A stretch of 64,000 bases of DNA from a bacterium (GCA_965221165.1 CBDCRP010000002.1:256001-320000), one strand, 5' to 3'; shown: positions 23,064 through 33,464, counted from the stretch's first letter. Notes: generated from the letters alone by a model not told the origin. A program made the numbers and translations.

Positions 23064-23522
23064 TCAGGGCATCGGCTGGAGTTCATCTTCAATATCGGTA
23101 ATCTTACCTAAACGGCGAGAGTGACGGCCGCCTTCAAACTCTGTTTCCAGCCAAATGGCTAAAATTTTCTTTGCCTCTTCGAAGCTCACTATTCGGCCTC
23201 CCAAGGCCAAAATATTAGCATCATTATGCAGGCGGCTCATCCTCGCCGTCCATTCATTGTAGCACGCAACAGCGCGAACACCCGGAAATTTATTAGCTAC
23301 GATGACCATACCCGCGGCCGAACCACAACAGAAAATTCCCCGCTCACACGCACCCTCGCTAACCGAGCGAGCAGCGGGTTCGGCATAATCCGGGTAATCA
23401 CAGGATTCAAGCGAGTTCGTTCCAAAATCATGGTATGGAATTGCTCTATCGTTGAGCAGTTGTTTTACTGTTTCTTTTAGTGCATATCCTCCGTGATCAG
23501 CTGCAAGAGCTATTTGATTCAT
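23064..23522 (-). CDS. rpiB: Ribose 5-phosphate isomerase B
   Basis: AADHGG, DYPDYA, CGS..G...ANKFPGVRA, HNDAN, FEGGRH. Confidence 0.96.
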   Translation of the reverse strand: MNQIALAADHGGYALKETVKQLLNDRAIPYHDFGTNSLESCDYPDYAEPAARSVSEGACERGIFCCGSAAGMVIVANKFPGVRAVACYNEWTARMSRLHNDANILALGGRIVSFEEAKKILAIWLETEFEGGRHSRRLGKITDIEDELQPMP

Positions 23523-23718
23523 CGGGGATTCTCCGGGCAATGTATGTTGGCAGGTTACAACTTCTCAAAAACTAGGCTGTAGAAAATCATAAGTCAAGCA
23601 ATCGCTCATTTATTTCGCCATTTCAGGTTCTTGAAGTTGTTGGATGAGACATCTCTTGAATGCCGACATATAAGTCCATTTTTCGTCGTAAGAACTCTTC
23701 TTTCCTCACCAGAAAACA

Positions 23719-24996
23719 TCAATATGGCTTCAACTCTGTCCCAGAAATTGATTTCCCCAAAAGAATCCTTGATGCCTCTTGCGCAATTTTCTTAAATTCA
23801 TTTTCCGCGGCCAACCTCTCTCCTTTTTCCTGCAAACATCGCGCCTCAATCAAATGGAGGGCTAGACGCACCCAAGAATCATCACCTTCTACAGAAACGG
23901 CCAAGGCAGATGCCTGCTCCACGCTTTTATCCACCTTTTCGATTTGGCCTGCTTCGAGCATCAACGCTGCGTGTAGCACATGATGATAAATATCTTTCTC
24001 CCTGAGCTTTCCTGCAGATTGAACATTGGCAGCGGCTTTTTTTATCGCGCTTTGTGATTCCAGAGGCCCCAATGCCGATACCACCCTTTGCAAAAACTCC
24101 AAACCCCCCAAAGTCTGGTAGCCATTTTCCCAAGTGCGTAAAGCACGCCTTTCGCGGCCTGCCGCCAGTTGTGCATCACCTAACAAAAGAAATGCCTTTT
24201 TCTCCGTAGCCAGACGACGCAAGGCTTGTTCCAGAAAAGAAATAGCTACCTCAGGACGAGAATTATTTAATTTCGCTTGCCCTACCGCTAGATATGCGCG
24301 GCCCGCGACATGGTTATCCGCTTGCCGATCAAAATCAGACGCTCCTGATTGTGAGAGTTTCTCACAAACCTCGACAGCAGCTTCGATACGGCCATTTTCC
24401 AAGTACATATCTCTGAGTTTTCGTAACATCAATGGACTCGCGGCTCTGCCCGCGCTGTTTTGAGCAAGAAGCTCGATCGCTTCTTGGACCTTACCAGAAT
24501 GAGCGAGGGTCTCCGACAAGCGGATAATAGAATCAGGTGAGTTGTTCGTAACAGTGCGAAGGCGCTCATTCCATTGAATGGCGTCATCCGGATTGCCAGA
24601 ATCGATTGCCAGATCTGCGGCCAGCCTCAAAGCAGGAATAAAGCGGGGATCATCCTTGAGGGCACGCCTAAGTTCTCTTCGTGCACGCCTTCTTTTGCCT
24701 TGAATTCCAAGACTCTGCGCCCGTGCAAATCGTTCCTGGGCGCGATTCAAACGTTTTTGTTTTTTAGCGATCTTCTTGCGCGAAAACCAACCGAGAGCAG
24801 CCTCACCCCACCCTAGAATAGAGGCAAAAAACGAACCAATAAGAGCCGCTCCCAATGCAACTAAGGCTAAAGGGACTCGCACAGACCAAGCATCCGTGAG
24901 ACGGAGGTCTACTATTTCTCGGTTGTAATGAAGAAAATAAACAGCGGCTACAAGTGGAGCCGCAAGGATGAAAAGAGTCCGAATCCTCATTCGCAA
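23719..24996 (-). CDS. LapA-like membrane domain fused to TPR repeats (LapB/HemY-like)
   Basis: Two N-terminal TM helices (YNREIVDLRL...VPLALV) followed by TPR-like helices; no C-terminal rubredoxin cysteines seen. Confidence 0.65.
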   Translation of the reverse strand: MRMRIRTLFILAAPLVAAVYFLHYNREIVDLRLTDAWSVRVPLALVALGAALIGSFFASILGWGEAALGWFSRKKIAKKQKRLNRAQERFARAQSLGIQGKRRRARRELRRALKDDPRFIPALRLAADLAIDSGNPDDAIQWNERLRTVTNNSPDSIIRLSETLAHSGKVQEAIELLAQNSAGRAASPLMLRKLRDMYLENGRIEAAVEVCEKLSQSGASDFDRQADNHVAGRAYLAVGQAKLNNSRPEVAISFLEQALRRLATEKKAFLLLGDAQLAAGRERRALRTWENGYQTLGGLEFLQRVVSALGPLESQSAIKKAAANVQSAGKLREKDIYHHVLHAALMLEAGQIEKVDKSVEQASALAVSVEGDDSWVRLALHLIEARCLQEKGERLAAENEFKKIAQEASRILLGKSISGTELKPY

Positions 24997-25011
24997 CTCA
25001 CTGCCTGGTAT

Positions 25012-25389
25012 CTAACTACCGCCGCGTCTTTCAATCTCATTTTGAGCCGCCACTGTATAACGCGCATAGGGAATCGCTTCCAAGCGGGAATAGGGAATCG
25101 GCTCATCCGATTCCTCACAAATACCATAAAGTCCCTCTTCTATCCTCTGAAATGCCGCCTCCACTTCACGTAAACGCTCCCGTTCTCTTTCTCCCAAGTC
25201 CATCAACACTTGGCGCGAATAGGTATCGGCAGCCATGTCCGCAATGTCTTGAGTCCCATCATCACCTATTTCCTTGGTGTGCACCTTGCTTTTCTCTACA
25301 TCCCCAAGTATTTCCCGGCGCACTTCATTCAATCTTTCTTCTAAGCCCCTTAATTGTTTTTTAGTCAGATGCTTCACGTTGAACCTCAA
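25012..25389 (-). CDS. dksA: DksA/TraR family transcription factor, single-cysteine variant
   Basis: DIADMA coiled-coil tip (DxxDxA); YGICEESDEPIPYSRLEAIPYARY. Confidence 0.88.
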   Translation of the reverse strand: MRFNVKHLTKKQLRGLEERLNEVRREILGDVEKSKVHTKEIGDDGTQDIADMAADTYSRQVLMDLGERERERLREVEAAFQRIEEGLYGICEESDEPIPYSRLEAIPYARYTVAAQNEIERRGGS

Positions 25390-25405
25390 CTTTCATTCTT
25401 ATGGC

Positions 25406-25762
25406 CTAGGCACTAGGTACCATTGGCTTGATGAGGGATGCGTGTGACCATAAATCTTCTAGTCGGTAAAAATCTCGGCTCTTTTCGTTGAATATGTGGA
25501 CAAGAAAATCGCCACAATCCATCAACACCCAATTTCCTTCTTCTAATCCTTCTGTAGACAATACTGTATCGCCAATTTTCCTAAGTTTTTCCTTTGCCAC
25601 CTCGCAAAGCGCCTTTACATGCCGGAGACTAGTCCCGTGACAAATCAAAAAAGCATCCACCTCCACCGAGAGCGGCCGAAGGTCCAAAAACACTATATCC
25701 ATCGCTTTTTTCGCTTCCAGTGATTCCTGGAGAGCATGAAGCCGATTCTCTAGTTTCTCGAT
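25406..25762 (-). CDS. rsfS: Ribosome silencing factor; start codon uncertain
   Basis: EAKKAMDIVFLDL, WVLMDCGDFLVHIF, RDFYRLEDLW; follows nadD. Confidence 0.9.
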   Translation of the reverse strand: MEKLENRLHALQESLEAKKAMDIVFLDLRPLSVEVDAFLICHGTSLRHVKALCEVAKEKLRKIGDTVLSTEGLEEGNWVLMDCGDFLVHIFNEKSRDFYRLEDLWSHASLIKPMVPSA

Positions 25763-25783
25763 GAGTCTCCATCCCCCAAATCG

Positions 25784-26461
25784 CTAGGAAACGATGCCCG
25801 GATGCCCATATAATCGGCGGCGAATTATAAAGAGTTCGACCTCACGTGGCAATAAATATCGTATGGAGGAGGACCCTTTTATGTGCTCTCTGATCCGGGT
25901 TGCCGAAATATCAACTTCATTGATCGGAATAAATTTTATGACTCGCTTTTTCGCAGTAAATTTCATTTCATTTCCTGATTCACCGCTTATGCAGTAGTCT
26001 GGTTCAATTTCTTGAATCACGTGAAGAAGCGATTTGAAATGCTCTTGAGAATTTTGATTCCCTCTCAAAGTAACAGCAAAATTGATGGTACTTAACACTT
26101 CTCTGGGCCTGTGCCATGTGTTCAAATCAAGAAACGCATCCGCGCCGATAATGAAAAACATCTCACCATCATTAGACGTCCTTCTCGTTAGCTCTTCTAA
26201 TGTATCAAGCGTATAGGATGCCCCTCCCCGCTTCACTTCAATGGGATCACACACATAAGCGGGATAATCCTTTAAAGCAATACGAACCATTTCCAGCCTA
26301 TCCGCCGCTGAGGCGACTTCATCTTTCGGCTTATGAGGCGGCAAAGCAGATGGAACGAACCTAATTTCATCAAGCATCAACGTTTTGTGCACCTCTTCGG
26401 CAGATCGAAGGTGCCCAAAATGAATCGGGTTAAATGTTCCACCTAGAATCCCGATACGCAA
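25784..26461 (-). CDS. nadD: Nicotinate-nucleotide adenylyltransferase
   Basis: GGTFNPIHFGH, PPHK, SYTLDTL, IGADAF, ISATRIR. Confidence 0.97.
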   Translation of the reverse strand: MRIGILGGTFNPIHFGHLRSAEEVHKTLMLDEIRFVPSALPPHKPKDEVASAADRLEMVRIALKDYPAYVCDPIEVKRGGASYTLDTLEELTRRTSNDGEMFFIIGADAFLDLNTWHRPREVLSTINFAVTLRGNQNSQEHFKSLLHVIQEIEPDYCISGESGNEMKFTAKKRVIKFIPINEVDISATRIREHIKGSSSIRYLLPREVELFIIRRRLYGHPGIVS

Positions 26462-26488
26462 TCGCTCTCCTTGGTTTCTTCTTGATAA

Positions 26489-27634
26489 TTATTCAATTAA
26501 AACAAAATTGTTTCGGTGAACAATCTCATCGTAGCCCTTTTCTCCGAGAATAGAGGCGATTTCCTTAGTTTGCTTTCCCGCGATTCGGGCCGCATCGTCA
26601 CTTGAATAATTCGCTAGGCCACGGCCAAGAGCCATCCCCTGAGTATCTCGTATCTCCACCACATCACCAAAACGAAAATTCCCTCCAACCGATACGACAC
26701 CACTAGGTAAGAGGCTTTTCCCTCTGTTCACCATAGCGTTTACGGCACCAACATCGAGCTTCAGCCACCCACGGGGCTTAGCCGTGATGCCTATCCAGCC
26801 TTTTTTCCCTTTTAAGCGCGCACCATCAGGTATAAAAAGCGTCCCTAACGGTTCACCCGTCAATACACGTTCTATGATGTTGGGGTCCCGTCCTTTCACG
26901 ATGAGGGTGCTAACCCCTACTTTATTGAGAATCTCGACTGCTTGAATCTTCGTGCGCATTCCCCCATGTGCAAGGGGGTTCGGGCTGGTACCCGCGATCG
27001 ATGAAATTTTTCTGGACAGGCCCTCGACACGGGGAATCAAACGCGCCGTCATTGATTTCCTGGGATCCTCATCATACAAGCCCGCTACATCCGATAAGAT
27101 AATGACGAGCCCTGCTTGAACCATTTGGGCTGTCTGGGCAGCTAGCATATCGTTGTCTCCAAAACGGATTTCTTCAACCGAAACAGTATCGTTTTCGTTC
27201 ACAATCGGGAGTACATCCTTGCCGAGCAATGTCTCAAAAGTGTTACAAGCGTTTAGGAATCGGCTTCTCTCGTCCAAATCTGAATGAATGAGCAACACTT
27301 GCGCCGTCTCAATACCTCTGTGCCTGAATGCGCGGCCATATGCTTCCATCAAGATGGGTTGGCCAACGGCAGCGACCGCTTGGCGCTCAGGAACCGCTTT
27401 GGGAATTCCTTTCAGACCCAGCCTTTTCACACCGGCCGCTATGGCTCCAGATGAAACCATGACGACTTGCCGACCCTCTTCTCTGAGTTTTGCGACTTGG
27501 GAAGCGATACGCCCCAGAACTCTATGATTCACGCCCAATTCATTAGATGCCGTCAAAACCGAACTCCCCACTTTGACCACAAGGCGTCGGCTCTTGAGCG
27601 CAGAGTCATTTCTTCTTGTCATCACCCCACTCAT
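26489..27634 (-). CDS. proB: Glutamate 5-kinase with PUA domain
   Basis: VVKVGSS, VSSGAIAAG, NENDTV, FGDND, GGMRTK, SLLPSG. Confidence 0.97.
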   Translation of the reverse strand: MSGVMTRRNDSALKSRRLVVKVGSSVLTASNELGVNHRVLGRIASQVAKLREEGRQVVMVSSGAIAAGVKRLGLKGIPKAVPERQAVAAVGQPILMEAYGRAFRHRGIETAQVLLIHSDLDERSRFLNACNTFETLLGKDVLPIVNENDTVSVEEIRFGDNDMLAAQTAQMVQAGLVIILSDVAGLYDEDPRKSMTARLIPRVEGLSRKISSIAGTSPNPLAHGGMRTKIQAVEILNKVGVSTLIVKGRDPNIIERVLTGEPLGTLFIPDGARLKGKKGWIGITAKPRGWLKLDVGAVNAMVNRGKSLLPSGVVSVGGNFRFGDVVEIRDTQGMALGRGLANYSSDDAARIAGKQTKEIASILGEKGYDEIVHRNNFVLIE

Positions 27635-28674
27635 GATTTATCTGTTCGCATAGTTGGAATGACATCGTTTTCGAGTTGTCTCGTCTGCCTGAGCATTTGA
27701 GATATTTTTTCTAATAATTCGCCTATGCCAAGGCCCGAAACTGCTGAGATGCCATGGACTTCTACACCTCGTTCCATGATCCCCTCACGCAGTTTCAAAG
27801 AATGCTCCCTTGATTCGGTAACATCCATTTTTGTCAAAATGGCCATTCGATGTTTCCTCGCAAGAACAGACGAAAACTTGGATAATTCATAAGCCAAAGC
27901 ATCAAAATCCGAGAGTCCTCGTTCAGGGGGTAAGGACGCATCGATTAAGTGAAGCAACAACTTACAGCGCTCCACGTGCCGCAAAAATTGCAGTCCCAAG
28001 CCCTTACCCTTACTAGCCCCTGGTATTAGGCCTGGGATATCAGCCACTACACATGAACAGTAATCGCTTAAACCCACCACACCCAGATTGGGTTGGAGCG
28101 TGGTGAACGGATAATCGGCAATCTTAGGTTTGCTCTCTGAAATTCTCGATATGAGGGTGGATTTCCCAGCATTGGGCATCCCGATTAGCCCAACATCCGC
28201 GAGTAATTTCAACTCCAACTCTAAGAGACTCTCTGCTCCAGCTTTTCCTTTTGTAGTCCTCCTTGGCGCTCGGTTTGTTGAACTTTTGAAATGCTCATTG
28301 CCGAATCCGCCTCGGCCCCCTTGCGCGATAATTACCTCCAGCCCCTCTTCTGATAGATCGGCAATGAATTCCCCTGTTTCAGAGTCACGAACGATGGTTC
28401 CGAGGGGTACTTCAAGCAACAAATCCTGCCCATCGGCCCCACATTTATTACTTCCCATACCTGCTTGGCCTTTTTCTGCTCTCGAAAGCGGTTGGTATCT
28501 AAAGTTTAGCAGCGTGTTCAAAGACGATGTTGCCTTGAAAACGATATGGCCGCCACGTCCTCCATTTCCCCCGTCAGGACCGCCTTTCGGCACAAACTTC
28601 TCCCTTCGGAAGCTGAGACAACCGTCTCCTCCACGGCCGGCCTGCACACGTATTTTAGCGGTATCAACAAACAT
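27631..28674 (-). CDS. obgE: GTPase ObgE/CgtA
   Basis: FRREKFVPKGGPDGG, GMPNAGKST, YPFTT, DIPGLI. Confidence 0.98.
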   Translation of the reverse strand: MFVDTAKIRVQAGRGGDGCLSFRREKFVPKGGPDGGNGGRGGHIVFKATSSLNTLLNFRYQPLSRAEKGQAGMGSNKCGADGQDLLLEVPLGTIVRDSETGEFIADLSEEGLEVIIAQGGRGGFGNEHFKSSTNRAPRRTTKGKAGAESLLELELKLLADVGLIGMPNAGKSTLISRISESKPKIADYPFTTLQPNLGVVGLSDYCSCVVADIPGLIPGASKGKGLGLQFLRHVERCKLLLHLIDASLPPERGLSDFDALAYELSKFSSVLARKHRMAILTKMDVTESREHSLKLREGIMERGVEVHGISAVSGLGIGELLEKISQMLRQTRQLENDVIPTMRTDKS

Positions 28675-28703
28675 GGTAGGGGCGGAGCTTGCCCATTTGG
28701 AGA

Positions 28704-28961
28704 CTACTCCGCTGGAATGACACTAACAGTTCGGCGGCCCTTGGCTTTGCGCTCAAATTTCAATTTTCCACTTGCTTTGGCAAATAGGGTGTGGTCATTA
28801 CCTAGGCCGACATTTTCCCCCGGATGAAAGACGGTGCCGCGTTGCCTGACGAGGATGGTTCCTACATTCACACTTTCTCCCGCAAAACGCTTCACGCCTA
28901 AACGACGTCCAGCACTATCTCGTCCGTTGGATGAACTCCCGCCAGCTTTTTTATGCGCCAT
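28704..28961 (-). CDS. rpmA: 50S ribosomal protein L27
   Basis: [24 protein letters not shown]. Confidence 0.99.
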   Translation of the reverse strand: MAHKKAGGSSSNGRDSAGRRLGVKRFAGESVNVGTILVRQRGTVFHPGENVGLGNDHTLFAKASGKLKFERKAKGRRTVSVIPAE

Positions 28962-28973
28962 TTTCTAATCCTT

Positions 28974-29291
28974 TCACCCTGAGGCAAGGATGTCCGTGAC
29001 TTCTATTTGAGTATAAGGCTGCCTATGACCCCGTTTGGTGCGAACTTTTTTACGGCGCTTAAAGCGAAAAGCGATGACTTTTTTCCCACGTCCATGTTCA
29101 CGTATCACCGCTCTCACTTTAGCTTTCTCGAGCGCCCCTTTGTCCGCAACAACTTCTTCCCCATCTACAATGAGGCGAACATCCTCAAATTCGATACTTT
29201 CTCCGACGTTACCGGGTAAGCGCTCGACCAAGATATGATCTCCCGCCTCAATACGCATTTGCTTACCACCAGTTTCCACTACAGCATACAT
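28974..29291 (-). CDS. rplU: 50S ribosomal protein L21
   Basis: MYAVVETGGKQ, GHRQPYT. Confidence 0.99.
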   Translation of the reverse strand: MYAVVETGGKQMRIEAGDHILVERLPGNVGESIEFEDVRLIVDGEEVVADKGALEKAKVRAVIREHGRGKKVIAFRFKRRKKVRTKRGHRQPYTQIEVTDILASG

Positions 29292-29443
29292 TCAAAAAAT
29301 CTCCTTGATACCCCATATGATGCTTTGGGCTTAGAAATCAATTATTTTCCCCGCTTTCGCCCGCAACGAGGAGGATATCTATCAATCCTGCATCAAAAAG
29401 TCAATTCAACGTCCGAAAAAATAGATGCCCCTCTTAATTGCTC

Positions 29444-29815
29444 TCAGTTCCTTTTCCTTTTTATCAAGCTAAACGTCACCCGCTCGGTACGAAACGATAC
29501 GGAGCGTCTCACAGGCAGATATCCCTTTTTTTGCACCGACACGGTAAAACCCTTAAAAATATCTTTCATGCCCACTTTGAATTTTAGGCGTAAAGGTGTT
29601 TTCCCTTGATAAACATCATCAATGAAAACATCGGCCTGTGGCGGATTCGACGTGACGACTAGTTGGCGATCCTTGAATCCTTTGATTGGAGCTTCAACAT
29701 TTCTCTCCCACCATTTCCCCATTTGTTTCTTGGTTTTGGCGCATCCCGACATCCCTGGGAGAAACAAGAAAAGAACGCCTAAAACTAGAATAAGGTGCGG
29801 AACAGGCTTTTTCAT
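29444..29815 (-). CDS. PEGA-domain lipoprotein
   Basis: Lipobox MSGC; VTSNPPQADVFID..YQGKTPL; VQKKGY. Confidence 0.75.
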   Translation of the reverse strand: MKKPVPHLILVLGVLFLFLPGMSGCAKTKKQMGKWWERNVEAPIKGFKDRQLVVTSNPPQADVFIDDVYQGKTPLRLKFKVGMKDIFKGFTVSVQKKGYLPVRRSVSFRTERVTFSLIKRKRN

Positions 29816-29973
29816 AAATTTTTCATTCGTTTTTCGAAACATAAGCCAAAACCTATGAAAATGGGCCCTCGTGGACACAGCAAACAACTCGCATGACAAT
29901 TAGTCTACACTGAAAACATCACGAGGAAAAACACTTCACCATGAGGACGCGCCTGTTCTTCAACTGCTACCAA

Positions 29974-30897
29974 CTACGCTGGTGAATCACCCATCTGCTG
30001 CCCCGACCACTCCTCAAACATTTGCAGTAATTCCGTCTGATCTGAATCTGGACCGTATTTTTGCACACCCAGACCATATATCTGCCGGGCTTGATTCAAG
30101 AAAAACGCCGCCACCCCGTTTTCGCGGGCTAAATCACTCCCCATCGAGAGATCTTTGTGCATCAAGCCCGTGGAAAACCCACAGGTAAAGTCCCGCGGCA
30201 GGAGAAAGCGGGGCCATTTATCCTTCGTAGCACTGTTCATACCTGAACCTCCGTTCAAAACTTGGAGTGCTTTTTCAGGATTGATACCCAGCTTCGATGC
30301 CAAAACCATAGCCTCCATCGACGAGAGCAGGCTCGTGGCCGAGAGAAAATTATTCACGCATTTCATTGCGTGTCCAGATTCCGGCGCTTCATCTATATGG
30401 ACAATGGTTTTGCCCAATGTTTCGAAAATGGGCATCGCTGCGTCCACAATCTCTTTGGGGCCACCCGGCATGATGGCCAGGGTGGCGGCTTCTGCTCCTA
30501 CGACACCCCCTGAGACCGGCGCCCCGATAAGGTGCAAGCCCCTTTCTTCTACCCGTGAGGCGAGAACACTTGTCCTTGTGGGATAAGAGGAACTCATATC
30601 AATGATCAATTTCCCCTGTTCCAGATGTGTTGATATCCCATCCGGTCCATCAACTACTGCGTCAACGATATCACTATTGGGCAACATTGTGATGACAACA
30701 TCGGCGTGCCTTGCCAGATCGGCCAAACTCGCAGCCTCTTGCACACCATCGCTCGCCACGGCCTTCACATTTTCTGACCGCGTGTCATAGGCCACCACCG
30801 CGTAGTCGCCATGCCTCAGATTTTTTGACATGGGTGTTCCCATCTTTCCAATTCCGACGAAACCGATAGTCACACTTCCTGGCTCTAGAGTTTTCAT
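29974..30897 (-). CDS. NAD(P)-dependent beta-hydroxyacid dehydrogenase (MmsB/GarR family)
   Basis: GFVGIGKMG, APVSGG..GA, MKCVNN, HKDL. Confidence 0.9.
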   Translation of the reverse strand: MKTLEPGSVTIGFVGIGKMGTPMSKNLRHGDYAVVAYDTRSENVKAVASDGVQEAASLADLARHADVVITMLPNSDIVDAVVDGPDGISTHLEQGKLIIDMSSSYPTRTSVLASRVEERGLHLIGAPVSGGVVGAEAATLAIMPGGPKEIVDAAMPIFETLGKTIVHIDEAPESGHAMKCVNNFLSATSLLSSMEAMVLASKLGINPEKALQVLNGGSGMNSATKDKWPRFLLPRDFTCGFSTGLMHKDLSMGSDLARENGVAAFFLNQARQIYGLGVQKYGPDSDQTELLQMFEEWSGQQMGDSPA

Positions 30898-31070
30898 AAT
30901 TTCCTCGCTATCTGGATAAACTTGCATGAAAGACACTATCAATCGCTAGATGTTTTTATTCGCCTGAAGGTTTTTGTCAATCCCCAACTCGAATGATAAG
31001 CTTATCAGTACCTTTGTTCTTTTAATCAACCGCCCTACGTGTATTCATATGCCATCCGAGGAGATTCGAA

Positions 31071-31796
31071 ATGGCGTCGATTTCGGCGGATGATGTTGTA
31101 TGCTACTTAGAAGAGAATCCTGGTTTTTTCATAGAACACCCCGATTCACTCCGACAAAGCGGCCTGCTGACACAAGACAGCACTTCAGCAAAAGTACTTA
31201 ACCTGCGAGATAAACTTTTTGACCGCTTAAAAGGCGAAAGAGAGGATTTAATACGACTTCTCGATGAGACGATAGAACTCGTCCGCCAAAATGAGCAGAT
31301 CGAAAAAGACTTTATCGCCATTGAACAACTCTTATTTGAACAAGCGCCTTCATTGGCAAGCCTTACAGAAATCGCAAAAAATATCGAAGCGCGTTTTGGA
31401 ATTGAATGCGCAAGCTTTTTGCTTCTGGAACCCATCGATGGCATTCCAGTGATTGCGGCAAAACCTGATGAATCATCCCGCATTCGCCCACTTGGTAAAA
31501 TAGAAGAAGAGCTCGTTCCCATGGAAGGAGGTGTTGTCCTCAACAGCAAACTAGAAGGAGGTGGAGGTCCACTCTTCCCAGATACCTTGAGAGAAGATAT
31601 CCAATCGACTGCTATTGTTACTTTAGAAATTCATGAGAAGAAAATTGGTTTTCTCATCTTGGGTTCAAAAAACCCCGAGCGATATCAAGAAGGGATGGCG
31701 ACCCACCTCCTTAAGCGTCTTGCAATGCGCCTAGCACTAGGAATTTCCATCTTCCAGCGCTTCAACAATGGAGAAACAGCAAAAACAAGTTCTTGA
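31071..31796 (+). CDS. DUF484 (YigA-like) GAF-fold protein
   Basis: DVVCYLEENPGFFIEHP; LILGSKNPERYQEGMATHLL. Confidence 0.8.
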   Translation: MASISADDVVCYLEENPGFFIEHPDSLRQSGLLTQDSTSAKVLNLRDKLFDRLKGEREDLIRLLDETIELVRQNEQIEKDFIAIEQLLFEQAPSLASLTEIAKNIEARFGIECASFLLLEPIDGIPVIAAKPDESSRIRPLGKIEEELVPMEGGVVLNSKLEGGGGPLFPDTLREDIQSTAIVTLEIHEKKIGFLILGSKNPERYQEGMATHLLKRLAMRLALGISIFQRFNNGETAKTSS

Positions 31797-31843
31797 AGTA
31801 AAGCACTCATTTTGCCATGAGCGTTCTTGCCCTTAATGAATCA

Positions 31844-33235
31844 TCAGGCTGGAACTTCCTCCGCCTTTGAAACAAGCTCCATTACCTCAGAGATGCTGTT
31901 CAGATTTTCCAAATCCCGTACCTTCTGGATGATCGAATCCTCCGTTTCTTTATCGAGGACCGGTGCCGTCATTACATAGAATCGCTCGATCAATTCATCC
32001 CAAGTCAACGGATTTCTCGAATCTCCCTTGGGATAATCTTGGTGCGCTTCAAAAACACCGCGATTAGTCTCGATTTTAACGTGCGCTTGCCATTTATCCG
32101 GAAATTCTTTTTCCATTTCGGCATCACCAAAGCATTCGATCTTCTTGATAATAGAAGAGTGAACTTGAGACCGGAGAAAATCATCTGCATATTCATCAAG
32201 CCCCGCGGCGCGTCTGAGAATGGCTACCGCTACGGCATACTGAAGGCTGAACTGCGCATCGACGATGTTTTGCGGGTTCATTTTCATGTCATAGGGTTCG
32301 ATAACCACCATCACGCTGGTCTCGGGAACCCGGACTTCCACTCGTATAACTTCCTCAGGCTTAATGTCGTGTGCTTTGCAAATTTCAATCGTCGCGTCAA
32401 TCGAGGCATGGTTATAACGGCAACAAGCGTAGGGTTTTATTGCGCTCTCACAAATTTCCCAATAATCGCCAAAATACTCCACCACATACTCGGACGTATA
32501 GTCATCACTATGGCCATGCAAAAACCCCGTTTTCCCACCCAAAATATCTTCTGGCCCCGTATAACCCTCCTGGGCCAAATAAGCGGCGATTATACCGCTA
32601 TGCGCCGCCCATCCTGGGTGAAACCTTTTCGTCCAAGCGCCGTTATCAAGATACTGCATCGAACCCGCCGCCTGGCTGCCCGCGATGCCCATCGCATTGG
32701 CAGTGGCCTCGACTGAAAGCCCCAAAAGTTTCGATGCCGTAATTGCGGACGCAAAAGTGCCGCATGTGCCTGTGGGATGGAATCCGCGCTCATAGTGGCT
32801 TGTTGGGTTTACTGCATTTCCTATCCGATTGGTCACTTCATAGCCCGCGACGATGGCGGCGATCACGCGTTTCGGATCAGGCTGATGCGCCTCGGCAACG
32901 GCCAACGTACTGGGCATGACGCTGACTGCGGGATGCAGGCTTGAGCGTGTAGTCACATCATCCATTTCCGTAGCGTGGCTCACGCCGCCATTCACCAACG
33001 CGGCATGGGGGGCATCAGTTTTAAAATCCGAGCCTATGATGGTGCATTCGCCACCTCGGGGAGCACGCTTTTGAGCGAAATTGTGAAACACCCGAGAACT
33101 GGCCGACTCTACCGCTCTCAGGGTAACGCCCAAGTGATCGAGCAAAAAATATTTTGCGCGCTCTCTTGCCTCATCGGGCAGAGAGTCATATGTAATAGCG
33201 TGAACATGCTCCACAAGCATTTGGCTAATATTCAT
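31844..33235 (-). CDS. MmgE/PrpD family protein
   Basis: NG..SHATEMDD, HP, GFHPTG, KRFHPG, KPYACCRY, AQFS. Confidence 0.92.
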   Translation of the reverse strand: MNISQMLVEHVHAITYDSLPDEARERAKYFLLDHLGVTLRAVESASSRVFHNFAQKRAPRGGECTIIGSDFKTDAPHAALVNGGVSHATEMDDVTTRSSLHPAVSVMPSTLAVAEAHQPDPKRVIAAIVAGYEVTNRIGNAVNPTSHYERGFHPTGTCGTFASAITASKLLGLSVEATANAMGIAGSQAAGSMQYLDNGAWTKRFHPGWAAHSGIIAAYLAQEGYTGPEDILGGKTGFLHGHSDDYTSEYVVEYFGDYWEICESAIKPYACCRYNHASIDATIEICKAHDIKPEEVIRVEVRVPETSVMVVIEPYDMKMNPQNIVDAQFSLQYAVAVAILRRAAGLDEYADDFLRSQVHSSIIKKIECFGDAEMEKEFPDKWQAHVKIETNRGVFEAHQDYPKGDSRNPLTWDELIERFYVMTAPVLDKETEDSIIQKVRDLENLNSISEVMELVSKAEEVPA

Positions 33236-33464
33236 TCGAACTTCTCCTTCAACTAGAAGTCAGTTTGTGATTCCTAGATCCAAACCTCCAATTTCACAGG
33301 GCATTTTACAGCGCAAACATATACCAGAACTCGCACATATTGCGCTTCAGCGCAAGGATGAAGAGGTCACTCCTGCGTCTTGGAGAGGATGTGTTTGTCA
33401 TAAGATGCCGCTTGCAGATAGAATCTTCTATTACTTTCCTTATCCCCACAACGCTGGAGACAAA

